From the NCBI GenBank assembly GCA_030609975.1, contig JAUWSR010000002.1, positions 1 to 32,655 of the forward strand: 32,655 nucleotides of DNA. Direction: 5' to 3'. The notes under the pieces are model-generated. The model did not search any database, had not been told where the DNA came from, and was given only the letters and a program-made list of their open reading frames with translations. Positions 9,189 to 19,238 of this stretch are shown here, piece after piece. The stretch's first letter is position 1, and every line of letters begins with the position of its first letter. A program made the position numbers and the translations under genes. Origin of the DNA: Acidobacteriota bacterium. Lineage in GTDB: Bacteria; Acidobacteriota; Aminicenantia; Aminicenantales; Aminicenantaceae.

Positions 9189-10019
9189 CTAGGGTTGAAT
9201 TTCATTCATTAATTGCTTTATTTTTTTCAGTTTTGGAACCAGACGTTCAAAAGCATCCGGGCTGATTTGCTGCTCTTGGTCGCTCAGGGCACAGGAGGGT
9301 TGGTTATGGACTTCGATCAGGAGTCCGTCCGCCCCGGCCGCGATGGCGGCCAGGCACATGGGCTCGATCAAATCCGCCCGCCCTGTTCCATGCGAGGGAT
9401 CTACGATCACGGGCAGGTGGGTGATGCGCTTGGCGGCTGGTACAATACTCAGGTCAAGCGTGTTGCGCATGGAGGTTTCGAAAGTCCGGATTCCACGTTC
9501 ACATAGGATCACATTGGGATTTCCACCTGCCAGCAGATATTCCGCGCTGTTGAGCCAATCCTCCAGCGAGGCATTCATGCCTCGCTTCAACATGATCGGC
9601 TTTTTCACTTTGCCCAACTCTTTGAGCAAGGTGTAATTCTGCATGTTGCGGCTGCCCACTTGCAGGATATCGGCGCAGGCGCTTACGGCTTCGATTTGCC
9701 GGCTGTCCATGACCTCCGAGATCACGGGAAGTCCGGTTTCCTCTTTCGCCTTCTTAAGGATCTCCAAGCCTTTTTCTCCGAGGCCTTGAAAGGAGTAAGG
9801 AGATGTTCGGGGTTTAAAAGCCCCTCCCCGGAGAATGTGAGCTCCGGATTTTTTTACTTTTCGTGCGATGGATAGGGTCTGTTCTTCGGATTCGACTGCA
9901 CAGGGACCGGCCATGATCACGAAATCCCTACCAATACGCAGAGAACCCACAGCCACAACGGTCTTCTGCCCGTTTTGTGCCTCAATCCGTGCCAGTTTCA
10001 GCTCTTTCATGGTATACAT
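9189..10019 (-). CDS. aroF: 3-deoxy-7-phosphoheptulonate (DAHP) synthase, type I-beta, with no regulatory domain
   Basis: Motifs are [50 protein letters not shown] and VIVDPSH. These match the Thermotoga/Pyrococcus-type DAHP synthases rather than KDO8P synthase. The start could also be the fourth codon (10010). Confidence 0.85.
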   Translation of the reverse strand: MYTMKELKLARIEAQNGQKTVVAVGSLRIGRDFVIMAGPCAVESEEQTLSIARKVKKSGAHILRGGAFKPRTSPYSFQGLGEKGLEILKKAKEETGLPVISEVMDSRQIEAVSACADILQVGSRNMQNYTLLKELGKVKKPIMLKRGMNASLEDWLNSAEYLLAGGNPNVILCERGIRTFETSMRNTLDLSIVPAAKRITHLPVIVDPSHGTGRADLIEPMCLAAIAAGADGLLIEVHNQPSCALSDQEQQISPDAFERLVPKLKKIKQLMNEIQP

Positions 10020-10038
10020 ATATTTCTTAAGTGACCAT

Positions 10039-10067
10039 ATTTTAGCGCTTTAAGCAGATAATATCAA
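10039..10067 (-). promoter_or_regulatory. Candidate sigma70-type promoter of the aro operon (TTGATA-17-TAAAAT on the minus strand)
   Basis: The -35 element is at 10062-10067 and the -10 at 10039-10044, with a 17-nt spacer. It lies about 20 nt upstream of the DAHP synthase ATG. This is sequence inspection only. Confidence 0.4.
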
Positions 10068-10104
10068 TAGGAATTAGCCGTCAGATAATTTTCATAATTT
10101 GAAT

Positions 10105-10121
10105 TTGGGGACAGTCCCCAA
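10105..10121. promoter_or_regulatory. Perfect 17-bp palindrome TTGGGGACAGTCCCCAA (8+1+8), copy 1
   Basis: I read it directly. It sits in the AT-rich intergenic region about 40 bp upstream of the candidate aro -35 element. An identical copy, apart from the central base, is at 19239-19255. Confidence 0.6.
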
Positions 10122-10292
10122 GATAAGTTTGATTTTAAATAAGTTAGCTGGAATTTTCATGCAAAAATGAGCTTAAAATTGAGTTTTTACCCCCAAAACC
10201 TGGAAGCTAAGCTAAGATATGGAAAAGAACTTTCAAGAAAATCCCACGGCATCCGAAAACAAACAGGAATCTTTACATTAGCTAGGTTTGAT

Positions 10293-12245
10293 CTAATCTA
10301 TGGGAGGACGGTTTTCTTTTGGCAGCCACACCGCCATTTCCCCCGGTCCCCGGTGAGCCCAAGCATAATAGGGGATAGCCGTGAAGTTGTCTCCTTTGAT
10401 AACCATTATTCCATTCAATACATCTGGCCAAGGTTCTACTTGGAATTCGATCTTATCTGAAATCGCTAGATCAAACACGCTCCCTTCGTTGTCCGGCCAT
10501 TCCGCACAGTAAACCAGAGGCCCTCGTTCTAGAGCCATGCGTCCGCGGTTGGCTTCAACATTCTTGTGGGCGAGTACTCTTCGGACCGGCATGGGCAAGT
10601 CGATCTCGATCTGATCTCCCTGTTTCCATCTGCGTCGAAATGTGGCAAAACCTTTAACCACCTCATATTCTACCGCCTCACCGTCGATGGCTATCTGGGG
10701 GCGACCCTTGTTTTCTTCCAGGTAACGATAGAGATCGCTGGGAACAGGACGATTCCGGGTCCAGCCTGGGATCCGGATATTCAGTGTGAATTCTCCTTCT
10801 CTCTCAGGCGTCACAGTGATCCGAATCTTCCCTTCCCAGGGATAGCGGGTTTCCTGTTCGAGCCGGAGCTTGTGGTTGGCAAGCTCCAGGTTAGCCGCAC
10901 TTTGTACAAAAAGATTGATATAGAGAACGTCGTTTTTCTGTGCGTAGATATATCCCGGAACCGAAGGCAGGAACCGGGTGATATTGCCCGGGCAGCAGGA
11001 AACCTCGAACCAGGGGCTGCGCTTGTATCTTCCTGAAGATGCCAGCGGATTTTGATAGAAAAAGCAGTTGCCTTCAAGACCCACTCCCGAGATCGAGCCG
11101 TTATAAAGGACACGCTCCAGGACGTCGAGATACTTTGCGTCTCCGTGCAGCAGGAACATGCGGTGGTTCCAAAAGATGTTCCCGAGGTCTGCGCAGGTTT
11201 CTGTGTAGGCGCTTTCATTTGGGAGCTCGTAGCTATCTCCAAAGGCCTCTGAAGTGTGTCGCGCTCCGATTCCCCCGGTTAGATAAAGCTTTTTGGACAC
11301 CACATTTTCCCAGAGCCTGTCGATAGCCTGAATATATTCGGGATAGCCTCCTAACGCCGCTACATCGGCCATTCCGGAGTACATATAGGAGGCTCGCACT
11401 GCGTGGCCTACGGCCTCCTCCTGTTCCGTGATGGGTTTATGATCCTGCATATATTTGCGTTGGTTGTAGATCGCATAGGGAGTGTCCTCCGGATAGAGTC
11501 CACTCGCATGCTCTGCTCCCCGTTGGTCAAGGAAAAATTTGGCCAGTTCCAAATACTCCTTTTTCCCTGTTACCCGGTAGAGTTTGGCCAAGCCGATCTC
11601 GATCTCTTGGTGGCCGACGATATCCTGTCTCTTGTCAGGCCCGAAAACCTGCAGCAAAAGTTCTGCGTTTTTAATAGAGACGTCCAGGAGTTCTCTTTTC
11701 CCGGTGGCTTGATAGTAAGCCACCGCCGCTTCATAAAGGTGTCCCGCATTGTAGAGTTCATGGCTTCCACGCAGCCGTGACCAACGCTCTGGACCGGCGC
11801 CAGGCGCAGGATTTTTGGGATCCGCAGTGCGGGCAGCATATATGTAACCATCGTCTTCCTGGGCGGCCTCTATCAGGTCGATCAAGTCATCCAACTGAGA
11901 CTCCAGCTCCGGATCGGGATGGAACCGGAGCGAATAGGCGGCCCCTTCGATCACCTTATAAACGTCGGTATCGTTGAAACGGCGACCTTGATATTTCCCT
12001 TCTTTCAGCCCGGCAGCAACGGCAAAATTGGCTACCCGCCCTGTTTCTTCATTCATCTTCAGGGCGAAAGGGATGGTGACTGTGCGATTGGTCTCGATGC
12101 GGGGCAGCCAGAAATCATCCTGGATCTGCACCTCGGTAAAAGGAACGGGCTGTACCGGGTAATCTGGAGGCTTGTTTTGCGTGCATCTGCCCATAAAAAT
12201 CAAAGATGTAACACTCACGATCAATATGCGTTTATGGTGATTCAT
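10293..12245 (-). CDS. GH127 glycoside hydrolase (beta-L-arabinofuranosidase-like, HypBA1 family), probable lipoprotein
   Basis: Motifs are HELYNAGHLYEAAVAYYQATGK, YTETCADLGNIFW and WFEVSCCPGNITRF (the Glu/Cys Zn-site pattern of HypBA1). The N-terminus is ...LIFMGRC. Confidence 0.88.
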   Translation of the reverse strand: MNHHKRILIVSVTSLIFMGRCTQNKPPDYPVQPVPFTEVQIQDDFWLPRIETNRTVTIPFALKMNEETGRVANFAVAAGLKEGKYQGRRFNDTDVYKVIEGAAYSLRFHPDPELESQLDDLIDLIEAAQEDDGYIYAARTADPKNPAPGAGPERWSRLRGSHELYNAGHLYEAAVAYYQATGKRELLDVSIKNAELLLQVFGPDKRQDIVGHQEIEIGLAKLYRVTGKKEYLELAKFFLDQRGAEHASGLYPEDTPYAIYNQRKYMQDHKPITEQEEAVGHAVRASYMYSGMADVAALGGYPEYIQAIDRLWENVVSKKLYLTGGIGARHTSEAFGDSYELPNESAYTETCADLGNIFWNHRMFLLHGDAKYLDVLERVLYNGSISGVGLEGNCFFYQNPLASSGRYKRSPWFEVSCCPGNITRFLPSVPGYIYAQKNDVLYINLFVQSAANLELANHKLRLEQETRYPWEGKIRITVTPEREGEFTLNIRIPGWTRNRPVPSDLYRYLEENKGRPQIAIDGEAVEYEVVKGFATFRRRWKQGDQIEIDLPMPVRRVLAHKNVEANRGRMALERGPLVYCAEWPDNEGSVFDLAISDKIEFQVEPWPDVLNGIMVIKGDNFTAIPYYAWAHRGPGEMAVWLPKENRPPID

Positions 12246-12326
12246 TTTATATCTTTCTGCCTCATAACGTTTACGTTGTGCAATCGGAGAATAAACACTA
12301 TAGCCAAGATTGTGACAGGTCCAGGC

Positions 12327-14738
12327 CTATTTCACTTTCCACTCATGAATACCTGCGGAAAACTTTTCCTGGAGCTGCAGCTCAAGCCGCAAAGCTGTGG
12401 TCCTGACCGGAGTAAATATTACTTGGTTGAAGCTGTCCTTTTCCACTCCGTACTTGGCAGCGCCCTTGACAGGCAGCCAATTGTCGCCTTTTTTATACAA
12501 AATTTGCCAGGATCCAGGAACGCGGCATTCGCCACGTCCGGTATCATCGAACCAATACACCTTCACCTCGGAGACAGTGGCTGCCATGGGAAAATCGTAC
12601 TGCACCCATTCTTTTGTGCCTTTCCGCGGCCACCAATGGAGGTAGGGATGGGAGTGATCGTTGGAATCACTGGGTTCCCACTGGTCGTTAATGGATTCTC
12701 CCTTCTTATCCTCGGAAACAGTCAACCGGCTTTGGGAAGCCAAGGTTGGCTTGGGAAGGGGGCGGGCCCCGGCTTTTTCACGCGGCAACCAGACAGCCAT
12801 CTCTCCTTTGCCGCGATGGGCCCAGGCATAATAGGGAATGGCCATAAAATCCTGCTGTTTCGCGAGAGAGGGCTCACCTTCACCTTGACCGAATAATGCT
12901 GTGGCTTTACCCGTGATGACAGTGACTCCGTCAAAGAGGCCCTCACGGAACTCAGCTGTCAGTTGATTCTCATCCGGCAGCACCAAATGGCTGACGCTGC
13001 CACCGTTATCCGGCCACTCGGCGGTGAAAACAAGGGGTCCTCGCTGCAGTGCCACACGTCCCCGATTGTCTTCGACGTTATCATGGCTTAGAACTCTACG
13101 GACAGGCATAGGCAGTTCCAGCTCGATGGTATCTCCGCTGGCCCACTTGCGCCGGAGAGGAATATAACCGTTTTCCAGTTCAAGCGCTTCCTCTTCCCCG
13201 TTGACTTTGAGCCTGGGTTCTTTCTCCACCTCTTCCATAAAGGTGTAAAGGTCGCTGGGCAGGGGCGAATTCCGAGCCCATCCCGGGATGCGGACAAAAA
13301 TGGCGAACGTGCCGGTTTTTTCGGGCTCTACCGTGATCCGGATCTTCCCGTCCCAGGGGAAATCGGTTGTTTGTTTGAGTGTCACTTTCTGATCGGCCAG
13401 GTTCACATGGACCTGACTTTGCACAAAGAGGTTGACGTAGAGATCGTTATCCCTTTGTGCATAGACATAGCCAGGGACTGAGGGCATGAACCGGGAGATG
13501 TTGCTGGGGCAGCAAGCGCAGTTGAACCAAGGACTGCGTTCATGCTGACCATAGGAGGCCAAGGGGTTGGGGTAAAAGAACAGATCACCGCTGAGTGCGA
13601 CTCCTGATATCAGGCCGTTGTAGATCACTCGCTCCAGCACATCGATGTATTTGGCATCTCCATGCAGCAGAAATTGTCGGTGGTTCCAGAAGGCGTTGCC
13701 GATGGCGGCACAGGTCTCGGCATAGGCCGAGGCGTTGGGTAGATTATAGGGACCGCCGAAAGCTTCCCCTGAGCTGGTGGCGCCGATGCCTCCAGTCAGA
13801 TAAAGTTTGCCCGTGACCACATCATTCCAGATGCGGTCGATGGCGGCGATGTAATCGGCATCTCCTGTAAGCGCGGCCACATCTGCCATGCCGGCGTACA
13901 TGTAAGTGGCCCGCACCGCGTGGCCCACGGCTTCGCTCTGCTCGATGACCGGCTTATGGTCCTGCGAATAGGTGCCGTAGAGTTTGCGAAACTCATCATC
14001 CCCGCGTTCATCCAGGAAAAACTTGGCAAGGTCGAGATATTTTTGTTCTCCGGTCACGCGATAGAGCTTGGCCAGCCCCATCTCGATCACTTGATGGCCG
14101 GGGGCACCGCGTTTTTTTCCTGGTCCGAAGACCGAGTCGATAAGGTCGGCGTTTTTGAGCGCGATATCCAGCAAAGAGCGCTTACCGGTGGCTAAATAGT
14201 GGGCGACAGCCGCCTCATATAGATGACCCATGTTGTAAAGCTCATGACCCATATACAGGTTGTCCCAGCGGGGCCCTTCGGTCCAGCGCACCGGCTCTTC
14301 CGACTCGATGCTGCGGGCTGTGTAGAGATAACCGTCCTCTTCTTGTGCGGCTGCGATCTTAGTGATCAAGTCGTCTAAATATTTATCCAATTCCGGATCG
14401 GGATAGATCTGCAGCGAATAGGAAGCGCCTTCGATGATCTTGTAGACATCGGAGTCATCGAAGGGATAAACGGTGCAGAATGAACCCTCCCCAATACCAG
14501 CAGCCAACTCGAAATTTTTAACGCGTCCGGTTTCCTCGCACTGTTCAAAAGCATAGGGGACGGTGACCTTGCGGTTGGTCTCCATCCGCGGAAGCCAAAA
14601 CTGGTCGCTGAGCTGGACCTGGGTGAAGGGGACCGGCTGCACCGGGTAATCTCCGGCCGCCTTTTTCTGACATCCGGTTCCCAGACCGATCCAGGTCCCT
14701 ATCAACAGAAAAGACAGTAAGCCTGCAGTTTTTTTCAT
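12327..14738 (-). CDS. GH127 glycoside hydrolase paralogue with an extra C-terminal discoidin/F5-8-type-C-like carbohydrate-binding domain; lipoprotein
   Basis: It is collinear with the 10293-12245 product: YPVQPVPFTQVQ, HELYNMGHLYEAAVAHY, YAETCAAIGNAFW and WFNCACCPSNISRF. The lipobox is GLGTGC. The C-terminal approx. 150 aa include EWVQYDF...VKVYWFDD...ALRLELQ...GIHEWKV. Confidence 0.88.
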   Translation of the reverse strand: MKKTAGLLSFLLIGTWIGLGTGCQKKAAGDYPVQPVPFTQVQLSDQFWLPRMETNRKVTVPYAFEQCEETGRVKNFELAAGIGEGSFCTVYPFDDSDVYKIIEGASYSLQIYPDPELDKYLDDLITKIAAAQEEDGYLYTARSIESEEPVRWTEGPRWDNLYMGHELYNMGHLYEAAVAHYLATGKRSLLDIALKNADLIDSVFGPGKKRGAPGHQVIEMGLAKLYRVTGEQKYLDLAKFFLDERGDDEFRKLYGTYSQDHKPVIEQSEAVGHAVRATYMYAGMADVAALTGDADYIAAIDRIWNDVVTGKLYLTGGIGATSSGEAFGGPYNLPNASAYAETCAAIGNAFWNHRQFLLHGDAKYIDVLERVIYNGLISGVALSGDLFFYPNPLASYGQHERSPWFNCACCPSNISRFMPSVPGYVYAQRDNDLYVNLFVQSQVHVNLADQKVTLKQTTDFPWDGKIRITVEPEKTGTFAIFVRIPGWARNSPLPSDLYTFMEEVEKEPRLKVNGEEEALELENGYIPLRRKWASGDTIELELPMPVRRVLSHDNVEDNRGRVALQRGPLVFTAEWPDNGGSVSHLVLPDENQLTAEFREGLFDGVTVITGKATALFGQGEGEPSLAKQQDFMAIPYYAWAHRGKGEMAVWLPREKAGARPLPKPTLASQSRLTVSEDKKGESINDQWEPSDSNDHSHPYLHWWPRKGTKEWVQYDFPMAATVSEVKVYWFDDTGRGECRVPGSWQILYKKGDNWLPVKGAAKYGVEKDSFNQVIFTPVRTTALRLELQLQEKFSAGIHEWKVK

Positions 14739-14795
14739 GACAATTGAACTCCTTTAAAGAGGGATTGAATATGAGGAGGTCTCTTGGATAAGTGT

Positions 14796-14824
14796 TTGAC
14801 CATGATTCCTGCGTTGAGTAATAT
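14796..14824 (+). promoter_or_regulatory. Candidate sigma70-type promoter of the GH51 gene (TTGACC-17-TAATAT)
   Basis: The -35 element is at 14796-14801 and the -10 at 14819-14824, about 50 nt upstream of ATG 14877. Confidence 0.45.
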
Positions 14825-14876
14825 AACAGATGTGAAATCTCATGTGAAATGTCTTTTACTAAAAGGAGGGGAAGCC

Positions 14877-16436
14877 ATGTCTGTCAGGCGTCTTGCTATA
14901 TTTCTTCTGGGATTATGTCTTCTCTGTGTTAATTTTATGCCCGAGGAGCAACAAGCAATGAACAGTTTGGTCATCGAAGCTGATGCCGGGAAACATACGA
15001 TCAACAAAAACATCTACGGCCATTTTTCCGAGCACTTGGGCCGCTGCATCTATGAAGGCTATTGGGTGGGGGAGGACAGCTCCATCCCCAACGTCCGGGG
15101 GATCCGCCAGGATGTGGTGGAGGCGCTGAGAAAGATCGAGATCCCTGTGCTGCGCTGGCCGGGAGGTTGTTTTGCGGACGACTATCACTGGATGGATGGG
15201 ATCGGACCCCGGGGAGATCGCCCTACGCTGATCAACACCCACTGGGGCGGAGTGACCGAAAACAATCATTTTGGGACTCATGAGTTTTTAGATCTGTGTG
15301 AACAGCTGGGATGTGAGCCCTATGTCTGCGGCAATGTGGGGAGCGGTTCGGTCAAGGAAATGCGCGACTGGGTGGAGTACATCACCTTTGACGGCACGAG
15401 CCCCATGGCAGACCTCCGCCGGGGAAACGGCCGCAATGAACCTTGGAAGCTCAAATACTTTGGAGTGGGCAATGAAAACTGGGGCTGTGGGGGGAACATG
15501 CGGCCTGAGTTTTATGCCGACGTTTACCGGCGCTTCCAGACCTATGTGAGAAATTTTTCTGGGAACCGGATATATAAGATCGCCTGTGGGAGCTATGGGG
15601 AAAATTATGAATGGACCGAAGTCCTGATGCGGGAAGCCGCCTCCCAAATGCACGGATTGAGCTATCATTACTACACCGTTCCCGGCGGCTGGGGCAACAA
15701 AAATTCTGCCACCGAATTCGACGAATCCGATTGGTTTGAAACCATGAGGCTGGGTTTGAAGATTGATGACTATATTGCCGAACACAGCACCATCATGGAC
15801 CGCTATGATCCCGAAAAACGGGTGGGGATGATCGTGGATGAGTGGGGAGCCTGGTACTTGGTTGAACCCGAAACCAATCCGGGATTTCTCTATCAGCAGA
15901 GCACCTTGCGGGATGCGCTCATGGCCGGGTTGAACCTGAACATCTTCAATTCCCACTGTGAACGGGTGCAGATGGCCAATCTGGCCCAAACCATCAATGT
16001 GCTGCAGTCGTTGATCCTGACCAAAGACGAGAACATCGTGCTGACTCCCACATATCATGTATTCGATATGTACAAAGTGCATCAGGATGCGATAATGCTG
16101 CCGGTGCGGATTCAGTGTCGCGATTATGTCTTTGAAGAAGAAAAAATTCCCTGTCTGAATGTTTCGGCCTCCCGAGATGACGAGGGCAAGATCCATGTTT
16201 CTTTGTGCAATTTTGATCCGAACAAAGCTGTCAAAGTGACGTGTGAACTGCGGGGTTTCCCCCCCCCAAATTTGAAGGGACACGTGCTCACAGCAGACCG
16301 GATAAACTCGTTTAACACTTTTAAAAATCCGAACGAAGTGAAGCCGCGGAAATTTGATGCCTTCAGCCTGAAAGGCAGCACTGTCACGATCAACCTGCCT
16401 GCCAAGTCGGTGGTTGTAGTAGAGATCTCCAAATAA
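14877..16436 (+). CDS. GH51 alpha-L-arabinofuranosidase with a signal peptide
   Basis: Motifs are [31 protein letters not shown], the acid/base block [12 protein letters not shown] and the nucleophile block [11 protein letters not shown] moved the start from 14784 to ATG 14877, which is preceded by AAAGGAGGGG and followed by the signal-like [18 protein letters not shown]. Confidence 0.9.
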   Translation: MSVRRLAIFLLGLCLLCVNFMPEEQQAMNSLVIEADAGKHTINKNIYGHFSEHLGRCIYEGYWVGEDSSIPNVRGIRQDVVEALRKIEIPVLRWPGGCFADDYHWMDGIGPRGDRPTLINTHWGGVTENNHFGTHEFLDLCEQLGCEPYVCGNVGSGSVKEMRDWVEYITFDGTSPMADLRRGNGRNEPWKLKYFGVGNENWGCGGNMRPEFYADVYRRFQTYVRNFSGNRIYKIACGSYGENYEWTEVLMREAASQMHGLSYHYYTVPGGWGNKNSATEFDESDWFETMRLGLKIDDYIAEHSTIMDRYDPEKRVGMIVDEWGAWYLVEPETNPGFLYQQSTLRDALMAGLNLNIFNSHCERVQMANLAQTINVLQSLILTKDENIVLTPTYHVFDMYKVHQDAIMLPVRIQCRDYVFEEEKIPCLNVSASRDDEGKIHVSLCNFDPNKAVKVTCELRGFPPPNLKGHVLTADRINSFNTFKNPNEVKPRKFDAFSLKGSTVTINLPAKSVVVVEISK

Positions 16437-16454
16437 CGGTGGATAATCTGAATA

Positions 16455-18428
16455 TTATTTGTGGATGCGGGCGGCCCAACCGCCGCCGGGCGCCAGCTGG
16501 ATCTGCCAGGTATCGCTCTTCTTGACATTTTTGACCTGCTTCCTGTAATCGTTGCCATATCGATCTGCGTTAGGTCCATCCTGGTAGATCTCGATCGTGT
16601 ATTCACCAGGTCCCAAGAAAGAGAAGTCAACGGTGAGATCTCGGGGTGTCAAATCGGTGAGGGCACCCACGTACCAGTCTTGGCCGCTTTTGCGTGCGAT
16701 CAGGACATAGTCCGCGACTTTGGCATCCAACACCCTCGTCTCATCCCATACTGTAGGTACAGGTCCTAAGAATTCCATACATTCCGTTTCTCTAAGATAG
16801 AGAGAGGGGCTGTCGCTGAGCATCTGGAGGGGACTCTCGAAAACCACGTACAGGGCCAGCTGATGACAACGGGTTCCCAAACTCATGGGGCGGGTGAAGA
16901 CCGAACGGAAGTTTTTTTCCTGAGCGTTGATCATGGCGCCGGGTGTGTAATCCAGGGGGCCGGCCAGCATGCGCGTGAAGGGCAGGATGAGATTGTGTTC
17001 AGGTGTAGGCTGCTTGCTCCATTTGGTATTTTCCAGTCCTTTGACGCCTTCGCGGGTGAGGACGTTGGGATAGGCGCGTCTCAAGCCCGAAGGTTTGTAA
17101 GAGCCGTGAAAATCCACCAGCATGTGCCGCTTGGCCGCCTCGGCTGCGATTCGCCAGTAGTAATTCACCATCCACTGGTCATCCCGCTGCATAAAGTCGA
17201 CCTTAATGCCTTTGATGCCCCAGCTCTGAAAAACATCCAAAGCCTCCTGCAGCTGGTCATCCAAAGTCTTCCACACCACCCAAAGAATAATACCGACTTC
17301 TTTCGCCTTGGCATGGGCCAAAAGCTGAGGCATGTCGATGTTTGGATCGATCTGGAGCAGGTCCGTGGTGTCCGACCAGCCCTCGTCCAGGATGATGTAT
17401 TCGATCCCATAGCGGGCGGCAAAATCGATGTAATATTTGTAGGTCTCGGTGTTGATCCCGGCTTGAAAGGGAACATCGAACACATTGTTGGCATTCCACC
17501 AATCCCAGGCCACTTTACCAGGTTTGATCCAGGCGGGATCCTTAATCTGGAGAGGCCTGGCCAGTTTGAAAACGGTCTGGTTCGTTAGCAGTTGTCCGTC
17601 GTTTTGCGCCACGATCAACACACGCCAGGGGAAGCTACGTGTCCCTTGGGTCTTGGCGATATAATCTGCGCGTTCAGCGACTTCGACGGTGCGGTCCCTT
17701 GTCTGAATCTCCTTGAGCGCATAGGCCGGGAATTTTCCCCTGAGGGCAGGGGAGCGAGTCCCGCGCAGGTAAAGCCCCGGGTAATCGTACAGGTCAGCTT
17801 CAGTGAAAGCCAGTTTGAGTTTCTCACCGGCTTCTACCAGGATGGGCAGGTGAGCCATCTTCTCCCAGGGGATTTTGCTAAGAGGTTCGTATTCGTAGAG
17901 CCTTTCCGAATGGGTCAGAAAGCTTTCTTCGGTGGGGAAATAGAGTGAGTGGTCCTCCGGGAAGTTGAGCACCACCAATTCGGAGGCTACGGTGATTTTT
18001 CCTGGGAAATGGGTAAGGAAGCGGTATGCGGCGGCATCATCGTACGCCCGAAAATCGACGGAAAAATTCCCCTCGAATTCAAGCTGGAGTTCATTGTAAT
18101 GGTCGGTGATCTCCTTGGTTTTGACAGGCACTACCGGCCTCAGGATCTGGTTGGAGCTCCTGCGCACCACTTTTTTGAGTGTCGAAGATATTCCCAAGAT
18201 CCCGACCTCGCTGACCGTTAAGCTTAAAGGAGAGGGAGCAAGCACCTGTTGGTTGTCAAAGTCTACGGAATAGAGGATTTTGTCCTGGATCGTTACCCGA
18301 ACGAGGAGCTTCCCATCGGGGGAGCTTAGCTGATATTCCTCCGGACTGGCCATCAATGGAGTTACAGCCAGGCGGAGTCCGATCAACAGAAACATAAGAC
18401 CTTTTGCTTTTGTTGGCTGGTTTTTCAT
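16455..18428 (-). CDS. GH97 glycoside hydrolase (alpha-glucosidase/alpha-galactosidase family, SusB-like) with a signal peptide
   Basis: Motifs are GIEYIILDEGW, IKVDFMQRDDQ, VDFHGSYKPSGLRRAYPNVLTREGVKGLE and FESPLQMLSDSP. The length is 657 aa. Confidence 0.85.
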   Translation of the reverse strand: MKNQPTKAKGLMFLLIGLRLAVTPLMASPEEYQLSSPDGKLLVRVTIQDKILYSVDFDNQQVLAPSPLSLTVSEVGILGISSTLKKVVRRSSNQILRPVVPVKTKEITDHYNELQLEFEGNFSVDFRAYDDAAAYRFLTHFPGKITVASELVVLNFPEDHSLYFPTEESFLTHSERLYEYEPLSKIPWEKMAHLPILVEAGEKLKLAFTEADLYDYPGLYLRGTRSPALRGKFPAYALKEIQTRDRTVEVAERADYIAKTQGTRSFPWRVLIVAQNDGQLLTNQTVFKLARPLQIKDPAWIKPGKVAWDWWNANNVFDVPFQAGINTETYKYYIDFAARYGIEYIILDEGWSDTTDLLQIDPNIDMPQLLAHAKAKEVGIILWVVWKTLDDQLQEALDVFQSWGIKGIKVDFMQRDDQWMVNYYWRIAAEAAKRHMLVDFHGSYKPSGLRRAYPNVLTREGVKGLENTKWSKQPTPEHNLILPFTRMLAGPLDYTPGAMINAQEKNFRSVFTRPMSLGTRCHQLALYVVFESPLQMLSDSPSLYLRETECMEFLGPVPTVWDETRVLDAKVADYVLIARKSGQDWYVGALTDLTPRDLTVDFSFLGPGEYTIEIYQDGPNADRYGNDYRKQVKNVKKSDTWQIQLAPGGGWAARIHK

Positions 18429-18517
18429 GCAAATATCATATCATAACAGGCTTTTTCCATAGCAAGCCAATTCTTTGCTCTGTCCTGCCAAGCCCTTGTG
18501 TCTTTGCTCCTCTCTGT

Positions 18518-18546
18518 TTGCTTCGTCCCCATGAGTATGCTATATA
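18518..18546 (+). promoter_or_regulatory. Candidate promoter of the HAD gene (TTGCTT-17-TATATA). Only 9 nt separate the -10 element from the ATG, which would give a near-leaderless mRNA.
   Basis: The -35 element is at 18518-18523, the -10 at 18541-18546 and the ATG at 18556. Confidence 0.3.
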
Positions 18547-18555
18547 TTCGGCAAC

Positions 18556-19209
18556 ATGGATTATGGGGCCATTTTTGATATGGATGGGGTGATCGTCAAC
18601 AACATGGGCTATCACGCTCAAGCTTGGGCGGGATTTTTTAAACGATACAATCCCCCCATGGAATTTGAAAAATTCATGTTGCATTTCGGTAGGACCAATA
18701 GAGATCTCTTCGGCGTACTCTTCGATCGGGATCTGACTGAGGAGGAAGCAGAGCGTTATGGAGAAGAAAAAGAAGCCCTTTACCGAGAGGTTTATGCTCC
18801 CTATGTCGAACCTGTTCCCGGGCTGGTTGACTTTTTAAAAGAACTTAAAGAGAACGGAGTTTTAACTGCGGTTGCGACCTCGGCACCCCGGGTGAATCTG
18901 GACTTTATTTTCGATCACATTCCGATCCAGCCTTTCTTCGATGCCGCTGTCGATTCCTCGGATGTGACCATCGGAAAACCTGACCCAGAGATCTTTCTGA
19001 AGGCGGCAGCCAAATTGAATTGCGCAGTTTCGCAGTGCGTTGTTTTTGAAGACTCCTTTGCCGGGATCCAATCCGGGAAAAATGCAGGGATGAAGGTCGT
19101 GGGATTGGCCACCTCGCATGCCCCCGAGAAGCTTAGGGATACCGACTGGGTCATATGTGATTTTTCGGAGATCACATTGGAAGATATGAAAAGATTATTG
19201 GCTATTTAG
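18556..19209 (+). CDS. HAD-IA family hydrolase (beta-phosphoglucomutase / sugar-phosphatase-like)
   Basis: Motif I is FDMDGVIV, motif II is VATSA, and motifs III/IV are KPDPEIF...VVFEDSFAGIQSGKNAGM. Confidence 0.8.
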   Translation: MDYGAIFDMDGVIVNNMGYHAQAWAGFFKRYNPPMEFEKFMLHFGRTNRDLFGVLFDRDLTEEEAERYGEEKEALYREVYAPYVEPVPGLVDFLKELKENGVLTAVATSAPRVNLDFIFDHIPIQPFFDAAVDSSDVTIGKPDPEIFLKAAAKLNCAVSQCVVFEDSFAGIQSGKNAGMKVVGLATSHAPEKLRDTDWVICDFSEITLEDMKRLLAI

Positions 19210-19238
19210 TTTTAGGGAGTCATTTTTAGCAACACTTC

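Noticed and set aside
14784-14876. N-terminal extensions in the ORF track: GH51 from 14784, the symporter from TTG 19239, and the ankyrin-MBL gene from 31741.
   Set aside because: Internal ATGs (14877, 19281, 31711) are preceded by GGAGG-type ribosome-binding sites and are followed directly by signal peptides or TM1. The extensions run through promoter-like or palindromic sequence.
15288-16283. Long ORFs antisense to well-supported genes: 15288-16283 (331 aa), 21228-22394 (388 aa), 11919-12896 (325 aa), 380-823, 869-1525, 3892-4467, 16863-17588 and others.
   Set aside because: Each lies wholly opposite a gene with strong family motifs. Their translations are low-complexity or Arg/Gly/Pro-rich with no recognisable domains. 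They are typical shadow ORFs.
16437-16454. An expected bidirectional terminator between the convergent GH51 and GH97 genes, and rho-independent terminators elsewhere.
   Set aside because: The gap is only 18 nt and has no stem-loop. I found no convincing GC-rich hairpin plus U-tract after any gene in the window, so no terminator features are reported.
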